Of a stretch of DNA of 64,000 nt, positions 18,517-29,480 are shown piece by piece; position 1 is the first letter of the stretch, and the number at the start of each line of letters is the position of its first letter. The translations under genes and the position numbers were made by a program. Source of the stretch: a virus. The stretch covers positions 32,001 to 96,000 of IMG/VR virus record IMGVR_UViG_3300043570_000570; one strand, given 5' to 3'. The notes beneath the pieces were generated by a model. That model was not told the origin of the DNA and made no database searches. It saw only the letters and a list, made by a program, of their open reading frames with translations.

Positions 18517-19863
18517 TTAGACGTGAAGACTAGTTGGCAATACGTTATTCAACGCAGTAGCAACCGCAGTGCTAAGAGTAGATGATGGTGTACCTGCTAC
18601 AACGCTAGCAGCCAAGATGATAATAGAATGAGTGTTCTCAGACTTCTTCTCAAATCCTACTGGAGAAGACTCTAGGTAAGTGATCTCATACATATCGTAA
18701 AGATTACCACTATTTACATACAAGAAACCGTTAGAATCTTCGTTGTAGATAGGGTTCCAATATCTACGAGCATCAGCAGTAGCAGGCAAGTTATTACCGA
18801 AGTAATGACGCTCCATTTCTGCCATAGCAACACCAGCACCAATAGGATACTTGATCTCTTGAGTAGTAGTTACAGGGATAGCAGCACAGAAGTTTTCGAT
18901 ATCGAAATCTTGAGTGTTGTAAGGACCTTCATGAATTTCTACTTTGAAACGTACCAAGTTGAATACATAAGGAACTGCATCAGGAACACAAGCGTTTCCG
19001 AATTCATCCAAAACATTACCAGTAAGTTTAACACCACAAGCAGTTACAGCAGCAGCAGTTACTAATACTTTTTCCCAAGCAACACCATTGAATACAGGCA
19101 TCAAAGCGATGTCTACCAAAGGAGAAGCAATTTCAAACATTGTGTTACCAGTGGTGTTTGCATCATCAGCTCCGTCAGCATCTGCAGTCAAAGTAATAGT
19201 ACCATAAGTACCAGAAGGGAAAGCAGGTTGCAAAGTAGAACTAATATAAGTAGCAGCAGCACCAGTACCGAATGTATCAGGAATAGTTAATGTGTACTTG
19301 TAAACAGGCAAAGAACCTTTGTAAACGTAGCTAGCAGTTACATACTTGCTCAACAAAGGAGAAGCATTAATTTTAGCAGCAAGATCTCCCATGTAAGTAG
19401 AGCAACCCAAAGAGTCACATCCACCGCCACAGTCAGCGCAACAAGCAGTTTTAATGCTTACTGACTCTTGGATCATAGGTTGGAAAACACCTTTGCTCCA
19501 GTATTCGTCAATTTTCAAAGTAACAACATACTCTTCATCGCAAGAGAAAGAAGGAGTTTTGAAGTCGTTAACTTCATCAAAGCCAATGTAAGAGATTTGC
19601 TGTTTAGTATTGTTATCATGTACAGTTTTAACTGCAGAGATAATGTTAGAAACTTTAATAGCAGAAGTCTTGAAAGAACCGTATTTGCTACCAACTGCAG
19701 CAGATCCGATAGCTACCAAGAAATCAGCATCAGCAGTAGTACCACCAATGTTAGAAAAAGTATTAGGGTTATAAATACCCATTACTTGCTTACCTAAAGC
19801 ATCAGTAGTCAATGAAGTACTTACTGAGGTAGGAACGAAAATTTGTGTGATTTTGTGATTCAT
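18517..19863 (-). CDS. Auxiliary capsid / major structural protein (crAss-type)
   Basis: 448 aa; codon usage like the MCP; downstream of the MCP operon; followed by hairpin 18486-18508. Confidence 0.55.
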   Translation of the reverse strand: MNHKITQIFVPTSVSTSLTTDALGKQVMGIYNPNTFSNIGGTTADADFLVAIGSAAVGSKYGSFKTSAIKVSNIISAVKTVHDNNTKQQISYIGFDEVNDFKTPSFSCDEEYVVTLKIDEYWSKGVFQPMIQESVSIKTACCADCGGGCDSLGCSTYMGDLAAKINASPLLSKYVTASYVYKGSLPVYKYTLTIPDTFGTGAAATYISSTLQPAFPSGTYGTITLTADADGADDANTTGNTMFEIASPLVDIALMPVFNGVAWEKVLVTAAAVTACGVKLTGNVLDEFGNACVPDAVPYVFNLVRFKVEIHEGPYNTQDFDIENFCAAIPVTTTQEIKYPIGAGVAMAEMERHYFGNNLPATADARRYWNPIYNEDSNGFLYVNSGNLYDMYEITYLESSPVGFEKKSENTHSIIILAASVVAGTPSSTLSTAVATALNNVLPTSLHV

Positions 19864-19874
19864 AATTTTATGTT

Positions 19875-20591
19875 TTATTCAGAGTTTTTAGTTAGACGAT
19901 CTTCGGCAAACACAGCTTGTGCTTGATTGTCATTTGATTGGGCAGCAAACTTAACAGCTAGGTCGACAACGTCTGACTTAGCATATTCAGGGAGTTCACA
20001 GTCTTGATTAACAGAACTACTTCCATCAAACTTTACGTAACCCTGGACATCTATGCTAAGGGGATAACGTAAGTATGTAATGTAGACCTGGTCAACTGTA
20101 AACTTACCATCAGTATAGACTGTCAAATTATCATTCCCCAGTGTGGCTATCGTAGTTCTCCACTTAAACGAAGGGTTATAATTATCATCTAGATACTTAG
20201 TAGTAAGTTCTCCGTGTCTAATTAAGTCTATGGTTATTGGCTCAGAACATTTGTTTTCTTTAGCTATAGCGTAAGACGAAATATAGAACATATAGTTTAC
20301 TGCATCTTTCAAAGGGCAGTCATAGCCAATGTGAAAGAGATCGTTTGTTTTAATTGGTTTTAAAAGAACGTTAGATTGTTTTAAGACTTGTAAGTCGTCA
20401 ATCCGTTTTCTGATAGAATCATACCCTACTCTATAAACGTTGTTAGGATTAAGTTTAGTTTTAACCCAACTAACTTGAGCTTTGTTGAGATAAACCATAA
20501 TGTCTTCAATCGGGATATCAATGTTATCCTGACGGTTGACTTTGTTTATGGTTAGTTTAAACTCATAGATGAGTTCCTCAACTGAGATCAT
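19875..20591 (-). CDS. Head-tail adaptor (ring 1-like) protein
   Basis: YLNKAQ...ITYLRYP...DCELP...VVDLAV; crAss-like synteny. Confidence 0.6.
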   Translation of the reverse strand: MISVEELIYEFKLTINKVNRQDNIDIPIEDIMVYLNKAQVSWVKTKLNPNNVYRVGYDSIRKRIDDLQVLKQSNVLLKPIKTNDLFHIGYDCPLKDAVNYMFYISSYAIAKENKCSEPITIDLIRHGELTTKYLDDNYNPSFKWRTTIATLGNDNLTVYTDGKFTVDQVYITYLRYPLSIDVQGYVKFDGSSSVNQDCELPEYAKSDVVDLAVKFAAQSNDNQAQAVFAEDRLTKNSE

Positions 20592-20606
20592 AGTTTTTGT
20601 TTATTT

Positions 20607-21545
20607 TTAGAGAGCGTCAATTCTAGCTTTATTCTTTAACTTATCCTTAAAGGAATCGTATTCTTCAGTGTGTTTAGGGTCAGTTAAGAAAAGTTCAAAC
20701 TCTTCAATTGACTTAGCCCATACATGCTCACCTTCGTATATGATAGAACCTTTAATTCTTACTATGTTTTTGTCTACTAGGTCTTTAACAAGAGCCTTAA
20801 CATCAAGCAAGTCATCACTATAAGAAGTGATTTTTGCAAACTGTTCAATAGGATCTCTGTCCATTGCACTAGCAGGTGTACGTAAGAATTCATCTATAGC
20901 ATTATAAACTTCTTCTTCTGTACTATCCATTGGCAATCCTAAGCCGATAAGTTTCTGAATCTTCTTACGCTTAACTGCAGTCATCTTATCAAGAGATGCA
21001 ATAGCGCTGTTGATCTTTTTCTTGCGTTCAAAGGTTACCTTTGTTTCAACTTCTCCATTGTAAACATAAAACTTTACAATTGAGGTGTCTACTTTTCCAC
21101 TTTCAATGTCATCTAATGAATTGGCTACCATATCAGTCTCCATAATCCAATAGAAATTTACAGCTTCACGGGGGTTCTCCATGTTAAAGATGTTTTCACC
21201 ATCTTCTAGGGTAACTCCGTTTTCTTTCATTTCGTCATAGAACGTACTATTAGGTTCTAAAGATTCGTCAAGGATCGACTCATAGTAATCTTTCAATTGC
21301 TTGATTCGTTGTACCTCAGCTTCTTTTACTTTAGGATCAAAGATGGCTCTGATTTTTGGAGAGTTCTCATCTAATCCTGTCCTAATAACTCCACGTGAAT
21401 CTACACGAGGATAAAACTTTCTTGTTGTTCCTGGAATGAATGAATATCCATTCTGGTACAATGATCCTTCTAACGTACGCATGTTAGAGGGTTCTCTTTT
21501 GTAAGGGCGAATAATGCGCATACCCTTAATGTTGTTGTTACTCAT
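20607..21545 (-). CDS. Conserved crAss-like protein downstream of MCP
   Basis: 312 aa; position immediately after the MCP. Confidence 0.5.
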   Translation of the reverse strand: MSNNNIKGMRIIRPYKREPSNMRTLEGSLYQNGYSFIPGTTRKFYPRVDSRGVIRTGLDENSPKIRAIFDPKVKEAEVQRIKQLKDYYESILDESLEPNSTFYDEMKENGVTLEDGENIFNMENPREAVNFYWIMETDMVANSLDDIESGKVDTSIVKFYVYNGEVETKVTFERKKKINSAIASLDKMTAVKRKKIQKLIGLGLPMDSTEEEVYNAIDEFLRTPASAMDRDPIEQFAKITSYSDDLLDVKALVKDLVDKNIVRIKGSIIYEGEHVWAKSIEEFELFLTDPKHTEEYDSFKDKLKNKARIDAL

Positions 21546-21627
21546 TTGGTTTGGTTTTTGGTTTAGGGGTTCTAATCTTTATCTATTTGGGAGGAGTGAT
21601 TAAACCCCTCCCTTATAGAATCGTTAA

Positions 21628-23157
21628 TTAGATACGAGGGAATTCTTTAATGATTACTGACTTAGTAGGATCTTCCAAGAAGATACCGCAGAAGTCTTTC
21701 ATCATGTAGGTGGAGTAAGGATCTTTGCTAGCAACAACAGTTTGTTGGCTTCCGAATCCTACTGAACCTGGGATATACTGATAGTACATGTTAGGACGAG
21801 TAGACAATTTCACTTCACGAATTCCAGCGTCATCTTGACCACTGATATCCAAAATGATAAAGATTGGAGGAGTCTTCTTGTTAGGACCCAATTCCAAGAA
21901 AGTTGCATGCTCATTCAATTGCTCTAGTTCTACGAACTCAACTGGACCAGTTTCAGTAGTCATGAAGTGATCAAATTGGAAAGCATAACCTTGCTTCAAA
22001 CGATCTTTACCATCCATGAACTTACCTGCATCTACCATGAAGTTCTGACCGTTGAAGTCTTTACGGATAGCAGTAGCTGCTAATTCCATACCAGAACGGT
22101 TAGTGTAGATTTTAACGCTACGATCTTTGATCAACACACGGTTGTAGAACAAATCTCCAACAGCAGCACGAATCAAGTTCAAAGAGAACTGACCACGATC
22201 ATAATAGATAACGTTACCCAAGTGAAGTTGTTGCCACAAACCTTGCTTAGCACGAGTTGGACGACCTTTTTCATCTTTAGCGTTACCTTGACGACCCCAC
22301 ATCAATGTGTTGGCCTTCATACGCATCATCTCCATACGAAGCAAACGAGATACTGTAGGCTCCCAACCAACAATCTTGGTCTTTTCGCCAACAGCCATAG
22401 CATCAGTTACAGAATAATAAGTAATGTCTAAAGGATTGCCTGTAGCATCTGTCTGCATACCCAATTTGGTTGCATCAGCCCAGTCAGTGATAGTGTGTTC
22501 AACACCATACTGTTGCAATACATCAGCCATAACTTCTAAGTTACCATCAAACAATCCCAAGCTAGAGAAAGAAGTGGTGAATTCACCCAAGATGTTACCA
22601 ATCTTGAAGTACTCAGTACCGATTTGTAAGAAACGTTGGTTAACGAAATCAGAACTAGAAGCACCAATTGCACGAGCACGGTACTTAAAACCATTCTGAT
22701 ACTTTTCACCTTCAGCTACAACTTGGATCTGAGTTTCTTGCTCATAACGATGTGCAGTGATGATATCGTTTACAACGAATACATTTTTGTCAAACACAAT
22801 CTCGAACTCTTGTCCATCAATACCAGGTTTAGCAATGCTAGAAGCCAAGTTAACAATAACTTTAGGCAATTCAGCACGCTTCTTGATTTTGTAAGTGAAC
22901 ACACCATTAGGATCGTTAACCATGTAGGGCTTACCGCTCTTCATAACTAGGTCGATCAAATCGTTAGAATACAATTTAGTGTCAGTGAATAGACGGATCA
23001 TCATTTTGTCATACTGGTCAGGCTTAGTGCGCAACATAGTTTCTACAAAATTCTTGTCAGTCAATTTACCCAAACCATTCTTAGAATAGAATGAGCTGGT
23101 CATGTGGGCGTTAGCTATAACTCTCCCGTTAACCCTTGGAATACTTTGATTAGGCAT
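21628..23157 (-). CDS. Major capsid protein
   Basis: 509 aa; LMWGRQG...GLWQQL...GIFLEDPTKS; order terminase-portal-scaffold-MCP; high-expression codon bias. Confidence 0.85.
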   Translation of the reverse strand: MPNQSIPRVNGRVIANAHMTSSFYSKNGLGKLTDKNFVETMLRTKPDQYDKMMIRLFTDTKLYSNDLIDLVMKSGKPYMVNDPNGVFTYKIKKRAELPKVIVNLASSIAKPGIDGQEFEIVFDKNVFVVNDIITAHRYEQETQIQVVAEGEKYQNGFKYRARAIGASSSDFVNQRFLQIGTEYFKIGNILGEFTTSFSSLGLFDGNLEVMADVLQQYGVEHTITDWADATKLGMQTDATGNPLDITYYSVTDAMAVGEKTKIVGWEPTVSRLLRMEMMRMKANTLMWGRQGNAKDEKGRPTRAKQGLWQQLHLGNVIYYDRGQFSLNLIRAAVGDLFYNRVLIKDRSVKIYTNRSGMELAATAIRKDFNGQNFMVDAGKFMDGKDRLKQGYAFQFDHFMTTETGPVEFVELEQLNEHATFLELGPNKKTPPIFIILDISGQDDAGIREVKLSTRPNMYYQYIPGSVGFGSQQTVVASKDPYSTYMMKDFCGIFLEDPTKSVIIKEFPRI

Positions 23158-23186
23158 AGTAGTAATTTATTTTTGTTTTGTTTTGT

Positions 23187-24338
23187 TTATTTGAAATACT
23201 TTGAGAAGGCATCTTCGTTTGACTTGTTAGACGGTGAAGACTTCTTACTCTTAGTTTTAAGATTGTTGAACAGAGAATTGGTTTCATCTGTTACTGCTTT
23301 TCTTTTTACAGGAGACAAGTCCAAATTGCTTTGAACTAGTTTTGCTACAGCTAAGAACTTACTAGGATCTTCTTGACGCATACGAGCTAGTTTGTATTCA
23401 AACTCACTAATACGTTGTCCGTTTGGAAGAACATGAGGCTTAGAAAGAACAAAGTCAAATAGTTCGTTTGCAGCTTGCTCATTGATAGGATAACCTTCAA
23501 TAGAACCTGAAGCAATTGCTCCATCTAATACATCTGCATATAACTGTTCTCTTTCTTCTTCTTTCTGTCTCATCACTTGAACCCTTGCTTCACTCTCTTG
23601 GGCAAGTACTGCTCTTTCCTGTTGCATTTTCTCTACAAGTTTACCGTGGTATTTTTGAGAGTAGGCTTCTAAGCGATCATTGTCCCTAGCGTAGTTAAGT
23701 TGATCTTGGATTTCATCTTCGTCCATTCCTGTTTTAGCTAGATACAAACGGAAAACTCTTTCCTGATTTGATTCTACACTCAAGTCTACATTTTCTACAA
23801 TCTGTTCGTTAGAGAACTTCTGTAAGTATTCTTGTACTGGAACTTTATTAATGAAGATATCTTCGATCATCTGTACTCCTGCTTCTCCGTAGGTTTCTGT
23901 TGCAAGTTGCTCTAGTTGATTCCAAGCCTTGTCTTCGATGGTATCATTCATCTTAGCTAAGAAGGTTTGTTCATTCCATTCGATTTCTTCGCCTTCTTCT
24001 ACATTAAGCATTCCTGCTTGTATAAGACCATTGGCAAAAACCTCAAATTGATTCTCTTCTCCTTCTTCATCTTCGTCATCCTCTAGGTTTACTTCTTCTT
24101 CCTCTTCTTCTGCAGGTGCAGGAGTAGTTTTCTTTTTAGGTAAAGGTAAATCATCATCTCCTAAAGGATCTTCAGAACCTTCTGGCTCTGTTTCCTCAGC
24201 TAGGGGATCGTAATTTTCCCCATTTAAGATGTCTGGTTTGACGTTGGCATTGGGATCTTCTGCGGCATCCTCGAAAGGATCATCCACGGAAAAACTGTCA
24301 AAGAACTCTAAGTTCTCTAATGGATTATCATTAGTCAT
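23187..24338 (-). CDS. Acidic scaffold-like protein
   Basis: Very D/E-rich N-terminus and coiled coil; between portal and MCP. Confidence 0.65.
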   Translation of the reverse strand: MTNDNPLENLEFFDSFSVDDPFEDAAEDPNANVKPDILNGENYDPLAEETEPEGSEDPLGDDDLPLPKKKTTPAPAEEEEEEVNLEDDEDEEGEENQFEVFANGLIQAGMLNVEEGEEIEWNEQTFLAKMNDTIEDKAWNQLEQLATETYGEAGVQMIEDIFINKVPVQEYLQKFSNEQIVENVDLSVESNQERVFRLYLAKTGMDEDEIQDQLNYARDNDRLEAYSQKYHGKLVEKMQQERAVLAQESEARVQVMRQKEEEREQLYADVLDGAIASGSIEGYPINEQAANELFDFVLSKPHVLPNGQRISEFEYKLARMRQEDPSKFLAVAKLVQSNLDLSPVKRKAVTDETNSLFNNLKTKSKKSSPSNKSNEDAFSKYFK

Positions 24339-24359
24339 AATGGTTAGTTTGGTTTAATT

Positions 24360-24389
24360 CAAAAATAGTATTTTAAAAAATTAACACAA
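24360..24389 (-). promoter_or_regulatory. Bacteroidota-type promoter for scaffold-MCP operon
   Basis: CAAAAATA 24360-24367, CAA 24387-24389. Confidence 0.6.
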
Positions 24390-24474
24390 GAGATTAATTA
24401 TTTATGATACGTTATATACAATATGTTGAAAAGGGGGATTTTGTAGCTCATAAACCCCCCAATTTCAGATCATT

Positions 24475-26928
24475 CTAGCGCTTTTTTGAGCCAGAATCGT
24501 ATTTGTTTTTATTTGTTTGAGCTATTTTTAGCTTAGTGTCGATATCTTTCTCCTTGAGTGCTAGCTCTTTCTCTTTCAAACTCAGCTCTTTATTCTTAGT
24601 TACTTTCTCGAAAGTTTGTTTAGAAATATCTTGAGCTATTTTAGTTTGTTCAATTAAAAGTCCAGTAGTATCTACTTCTGGATTATAAGAACCTTCGTTA
24701 GCAATACCTTGAAGTTGAACAATCTGAAGTTTGTTCTCACGATCTAACTGTTTGTTCATGTCATCACGTTGAGCTTCTTTCTCATCTTGGGCAGCTTCCA
24801 TTTGCATCTTCTGCTGGAACTGTTCTTGTTGTTGTTGCAACTCTTGCTGTTTAAGTGCTTGATCTTGTTGACGGATAGCTTCTTTACGTTTCTGTACATC
24901 ACCTAATGTCTTACGAAGACTTCTCTCAGAGTTAGCTGTAAACAAGTCTACCATTTCAGAAAGCTCTGCTCCATTCTGCATTGCAGGCTGAGCCAATTGC
25001 TTTAACTGCTCTAGAGTTACTTTGTCTTCTGCGTATGAGGATACAAATACAAACAACTCGTGAAGTAGTTCGTTCTTGCTTACTCGTAGAAATACATTCT
25101 CTAATTCAGAGTTAAGATAGTTAAGCGTAGAAGTAGGTTTCTGCAATTCAATGTACTGAGCCATATCTAGAATAGTCTGATATACTCTTTGAAGTACGTT
25201 GTCATGCCAAGCAAACCAAGTTTCTGTTTGAGCAAAAGATTGAATCAAAGCATTGTTAGCAGCTGTTGCTGTATCTGATGCCTGTGAGTTACCTAGACGT
25301 TGACGAGTAATACCCACTAACTCATAGGCCTCTAGACGAAGTTGTTGAGCTAATTGGATACGTGCTTGGATTTCTTGAGAACGTGTAAGGTCAATACGAG
25401 AGAACTGGTTAAACTGTACAGCTCCTCCTGTATTCTCAATTGAAGTATCAATCAAAAGAGTACCTCTGTTCTTAGCATTCCATAACATTGTCTCAATGGG
25501 ATCTTGAGAGTCTTTTTTAGGAACTACCTTTAAGTCACCTAAGAATACAACACCAATCTCTTTTTCAAGTAATTCCCATAACTGGTTCATACAAATGTTA
25601 TAAAGAACCTGGTAAGGCTTAAGAAGATCTAGAAGAGATTTACCTTGAGTATTACGAGAAGTATTAATGATTCCTACTAATGGACAATCTTGGATAAACT
25701 CTAGAGGTTCTACGTTTACGTAGATATTAGCTCCAATTTTGATTCCTCTCCACCACTCATTGATCCAAAGTTCTTCAACAGAAATATCTCCTAGAGTTTT
25801 ATCCATTTTGTACTCTTCAGATACAAACATCTCTTGTTGGTATCCTTCTTCATCTAGGTAAGTTCTTTTAAAGATTTTTTTCTTAGACTGCCAGTACGAA
25901 GTAATTACCGTATAGGCATGCTGAGAGTTAAAAGAAAATACGTTGTGATCAATACCTCCATTAGCAAAGTCACCTACGTTCTCAAACGTTAATTGCCACA
26001 AAGGATCGTTAGGATCTGGAAGTGCAGGAGCCATAGGAGAGTATTCGTTATTCCTTAAGTTCTGAAGAGAACGATCTCTTAAGTGTTCTACTTCTTCTCC
26101 TGTTAAGGTGTAGCGATCTACAATCTCAGTCATAGAAAGAACTTCAATAAGTCCTAGTGCCCAACAGTCTGTAGTGTACTGAGCATTACGATTGCCTAAG
26201 TACCATACGTTAGAAGGGTTCTCTACTTTATAATTAAATCCTAAGCGAGAATTATCAGGGTAGAAGTGGTGAAACTCTTTACCTGTTACTAAGAAGTCTA
26301 GAAATGATTGTTGAGATTTATCTCTAAAGTTAAAATGATATTTAAGAGCATTAAGAGTTTTGTTACCCCATTCTTCAGCAACTGAAGTATAATCCAAGAT
26401 TTTATTCTGAATGTCTTGCTCCATCTGTGCTCTTTGTTCAGGATCAATTTCTTGTCCTTCTAGCTGAGCTTCTAAGTTTTTTAAGAAGTGTTCTTTAATT
26501 AACTCTGTTCTAAAGTCAATAGTTTCGTTAATCGCTTCATCATCTACAGCTTTTACTTTGTATTTGTGAGGACGGTTAATCAACTCTCCTTTTAACTGAT
26601 TGATAGGAGGGTTTACTATTGGATAGTGCTTTAAGTGCTGAGGAACATCTGGATCCTGGTTAGGAGCATCTTCCAAGTAACTAATTAGCTCTTGATAGTC
26701 TGCTACGTTTGTATAGTCAGCAAAGTTAAATTCACCGTTAAGTAAGCGGTAGTTCTTTCTAAATTCTACGTTCTGCTTGTATTGTGCAAATGCAATATTT
26801 GCAAAGTAGTCCATAGTAGACTTTACCCAATGCTCAGACTGCTTCTCTTTTAAGCTTACAAATTGCTCAGGGTAGAAGTAGGCATGATTGACAGGGTCAG
26901 TATGCTCTTTAAATGCTTCAATAATCAT
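24475..26928 (-). CDS. Portal protein
   Basis: 817 aa; HYPIVNPPINQLKGE, WINEWWRGIKIG, SLLDLLKPYQVLYN, VGITRQRLG; adjacent to terminase. Confidence 0.85.
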   Translation of the reverse strand: MIIEAFKEHTDPVNHAYFYPEQFVSLKEKQSEHWVKSTMDYFANIAFAQYKQNVEFRKNYRLLNGEFNFADYTNVADYQELISYLEDAPNQDPDVPQHLKHYPIVNPPINQLKGELINRPHKYKVKAVDDEAINETIDFRTELIKEHFLKNLEAQLEGQEIDPEQRAQMEQDIQNKILDYTSVAEEWGNKTLNALKYHFNFRDKSQQSFLDFLVTGKEFHHFYPDNSRLGFNYKVENPSNVWYLGNRNAQYTTDCWALGLIEVLSMTEIVDRYTLTGEEVEHLRDRSLQNLRNNEYSPMAPALPDPNDPLWQLTFENVGDFANGGIDHNVFSFNSQHAYTVITSYWQSKKKIFKRTYLDEEGYQQEMFVSEEYKMDKTLGDISVEELWINEWWRGIKIGANIYVNVEPLEFIQDCPLVGIINTSRNTQGKSLLDLLKPYQVLYNICMNQLWELLEKEIGVVFLGDLKVVPKKDSQDPIETMLWNAKNRGTLLIDTSIENTGGAVQFNQFSRIDLTRSQEIQARIQLAQQLRLEAYELVGITRQRLGNSQASDTATAANNALIQSFAQTETWFAWHDNVLQRVYQTILDMAQYIELQKPTSTLNYLNSELENVFLRVSKNELLHELFVFVSSYAEDKVTLEQLKQLAQPAMQNGAELSEMVDLFTANSERSLRKTLGDVQKRKEAIRQQDQALKQQELQQQQEQFQQKMQMEAAQDEKEAQRDDMNKQLDRENKLQIVQLQGIANEGSYNPEVDTTGLLIEQTKIAQDISKQTFEKVTKNKELSLKEKELALKEKDIDTKLKIAQTNKNKYDSGSKKR

Positions 26929-26957
26929 TTTAGTATATTTGTTTTAGTTTAGTAGTA

Positions 26958-28967
26958 TTAGTATCTAAATGGGGATGAGGTTGTACGGAACAATGAGTTT
27001 CCTTTCTTCTCTCGGAAGTAAGCTTGGATTCTATTGTCGTCACTAGAGTTTGAAATAATAACCTGTGTAGTAAGAGTCTTAGCCATAGCTAAAGTTAATC
27101 CGAATGAAATAACTCGGTCAACGTTTAACTTAGGTGTAAACTTAATTAACTCCTTAATCAAGAGAGGATCTAAGATTCTAGTTACACCTAGTCTTTCTTT
27201 TATGATAGCTCCGTCTTCATCTCTTTCTACTTCTATTACTTCGGTTATGTACTCGATGATAAGAGACATCAAATAGTTCTTAATGTCTTTAGTCATGTGA
27301 ATACCATAGTCACGATTAACTGTAGAGTTAGGGTGGATATCATTTAGGAACTTAGGCGTCTTCTCTAGGACTTTAGGAGACTCGTTCTTATCTACACAAT
27401 GCTGTATAAAACCATAGTCCATGTTTTCACAAAGAGTCTTAGCATTATAATACTTAAGAAGCATCTTAGTTGTCTCATACCAAGTCTCAATTTTCTTAGG
27501 ACGACCTGTGTAACAAGCTACAACTATATTCTGCCAGCCTTCTCCACTTAAGTTATGGACCCTCTTATAAATATAAGTAGAACCCAAAGAAGTTGAGTAG
27601 TGTGCCTGTGATTGTTTGTAAGGATCCGTTCCTGCTGTATAAAGTCCATAGGGGGCTTCTGAGAGAGGATATTCCCAAATCTGAACACAACCCTCAATAG
27701 GATCTGTAGACTTAACAGGGAAGTTAATAACAGGCTTCTTATCTGTAAACTTGTGTCTGATCTTTCCTTCAGAGTTAATGAAAAGTTCTACGTTGTCTGC
27801 TTGAATTTCTTGGGCACTTAGTTTCTGTAGTTGTTCTTGAAGTAAGTCTACAGGGAATATGTTCTGAGATAGTTCTAAGAAACACTCTTCGTGATTTAAA
27901 GGATAGTACATTACTTCTTTTAAGTAAGCTTCTAATCCGTTTGATTTCTTAGTCTGTTCTCTAGACTTTAAGATAAGTTCTTTTCCTTTTTCTTCATCTG
28001 CTACCCAGATCTTAATTAGATCTAACTCAGAAGGATTTTCTTTACCTAAGTAAAGTCCTAGAGGAGTTTCTTGCTTTGGAACTTTCAAAGAACGTGTACC
28101 TGGAATAAAGAGTCCATAAGACTTTCCTGTTTCATTAGATTCTACAGGAAGGAAGTTATAGGCTTCAGGATTGTTAAAGAGTTCTTCTAGGTCTGCTGCC
28201 TTAGTCATATCTCCAGAAGTTCCGATGACAAAAGGAGAACAACGCCATCCAAATGGACTGTCAAAACAAGGAGTAGTTGCCGCTAAGCAAGAAAGGATCT
28301 TTCCTTTTCCTCCTTCTTCTAAGAGAAATGAAGATAGAGTAAGACCTGCCGCTGCCTCCGTATTGTTGCCTTCATCAAAGTTACGTACGTGGAACTTAGA
28401 CCACTCATTACGAGAGTTAGTTCTCTTGTCTTTAAATCCTAAAGTTACCTGTCTCTTCCAGTCATCCTCAATACGAGGAAATCTAAAGTAGTCAGGAAGG
28501 TTTCTAATACCTAAGTCTACGTAATCTGTGATTACTTTTAAGTCAGGTTGGTTAAGCGCAGATATCAAATTGTCAGAACCTTTCTGTGTAATGGCTTTGT
28601 GAGCCATATAAGAAGAAGTTAAAACTGACTTAGAGATACGTCTTGATCCTACCATCACAACTCCTTTCTTTCCGTCTACGTGATTTTCTGCTTTGTGGAT
28701 AGTCTCGTCTACTGCTAAATAGGTATCCCAAAGCTGAGGTTTGTCTAGCTTTCTAATTTGACGCTTACCTACCATTGTATCTATGTATATAGACCAGTAG
28801 TTTAAATGCCAATAAATAAAAGGCGAGAAATAGAATCCATTAATAGTTACACCTTCTGTAATCTTTTTGTCTTCATTCTCCCAAAATGCATCATACTCCT
28901 CTGAGCCAATCTCAGGGAAGGACTTAACATTAATAAAGAATTCTGGACTTTCTAGATTAGCATGCAT
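26958..28967 (-). CDS. terL: Terminase large subunit
   Basis: Walker A-like GSRRISKS, Walker B FLLEEGG, GTSG coupling motif, RNase H-like AGTDPY and C-terminal NVDRV. Confidence 0.9.
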   Translation of the reverse strand: MHANLESPEFFINVKSFPEIGSEEYDAFWENEDKKITEGVTINGFYFSPFIYWHLNYWSIYIDTMVGKRQIRKLDKPQLWDTYLAVDETIHKAENHVDGKKGVVMVGSRRISKSVLTSSYMAHKAITQKGSDNLISALNQPDLKVITDYVDLGIRNLPDYFRFPRIEDDWKRQVTLGFKDKRTNSRNEWSKFHVRNFDEGNNTEAAAGLTLSSFLLEEGGKGKILSCLAATTPCFDSPFGWRCSPFVIGTSGDMTKAADLEELFNNPEAYNFLPVESNETGKSYGLFIPGTRSLKVPKQETPLGLYLGKENPSELDLIKIWVADEEKGKELILKSREQTKKSNGLEAYLKEVMYYPLNHEECFLELSQNIFPVDLLQEQLQKLSAQEIQADNVELFINSEGKIRHKFTDKKPVINFPVKSTDPIEGCVQIWEYPLSEAPYGLYTAGTDPYKQSQAHYSTSLGSTYIYKRVHNLSGEGWQNIVVACYTGRPKKIETWYETTKMLLKYYNAKTLCENMDYGFIQHCVDKNESPKVLEKTPKFLNDIHPNSTVNRDYGIHMTKDIKNYLMSLIIEYITEVIEVERDEDGAIIKERLGVTRILDPLLIKELIKFTPKLNVDRVISFGLTLAMAKTLTTQVIISNSSDDNRIQAYFREKKGNSLFRTTSSPFRY

Positions 28968-28968
28968 A

Positions 28969-29286
28969 TCAACTGAATTGTTTCATCTTACCATTAATCT
29001 CTTGAGAACCTCTAGCTTCTGCTTTCTGTTCTTCCTTCTCTCTTAACCTATCTACTACTTCTAAAAGAGCTAAGTACTCTTTCATAGTATCTCTCAAAGA
29101 TTTGATTTGAGATTCTTGGCTAGCAATAACCATAGGCATAGTTCCACCTTTAGCTGTTGGCTTCCATTCAATTCTATCTTTCAAAGAGTTAATAGGGTTG
29201 TTATCTATATACCCTCTCCACTCAGTTAAGCGTTGTTCTGCCCACTCTAGTTCTGCTGATATGTATGATAATTTCTTAACGGCCAT
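28969..29286 (-). CDS. Helical protein upstream of terL (possible small terminase)
   Basis: Position only; coiled-coil C-terminus ending ARGSQEI. Confidence 0.35.
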   Translation of the reverse strand: MAVKKLSYISAELEWAEQRLTEWRGYIDNNPINSLKDRIEWKPTAKGGTMPMVIASQESQIKSLRDTMKEYLALLEVVDRLREKEEQKAEARGSQEINGKMKQFS

Positions 29287-29479
29287 TTGAGTATTTCTTT
29301 AAAAATTCTTCTTGAGACATATTCATGATGTCTTCTAGCACACGTGCATAGAATTCTTCATCTCTGCCTGTTTTACTATATGAGTATCCTGCTTTCCAAA
29401 ATATCTTAAACGTCTCGAATAAGTTATCTTGTAAAGTAAAGTTTACATATGGCTGGGAGGTTGGTTGGTTGTCTGTCAT
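29276..29479 (-). CDS. Hypothetical protein (67 aa)
   Basis: ORF tightly coupled within the operon. Confidence 0.5.
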   Translation of the reverse strand: MTDNQPTSQPYVNFTLQDNLFETFKIFWKAGYSYSKTGRDEEFYARVLEDIMNMSQEEFLKKYSNGR

Positions 29480-29480
29480 C

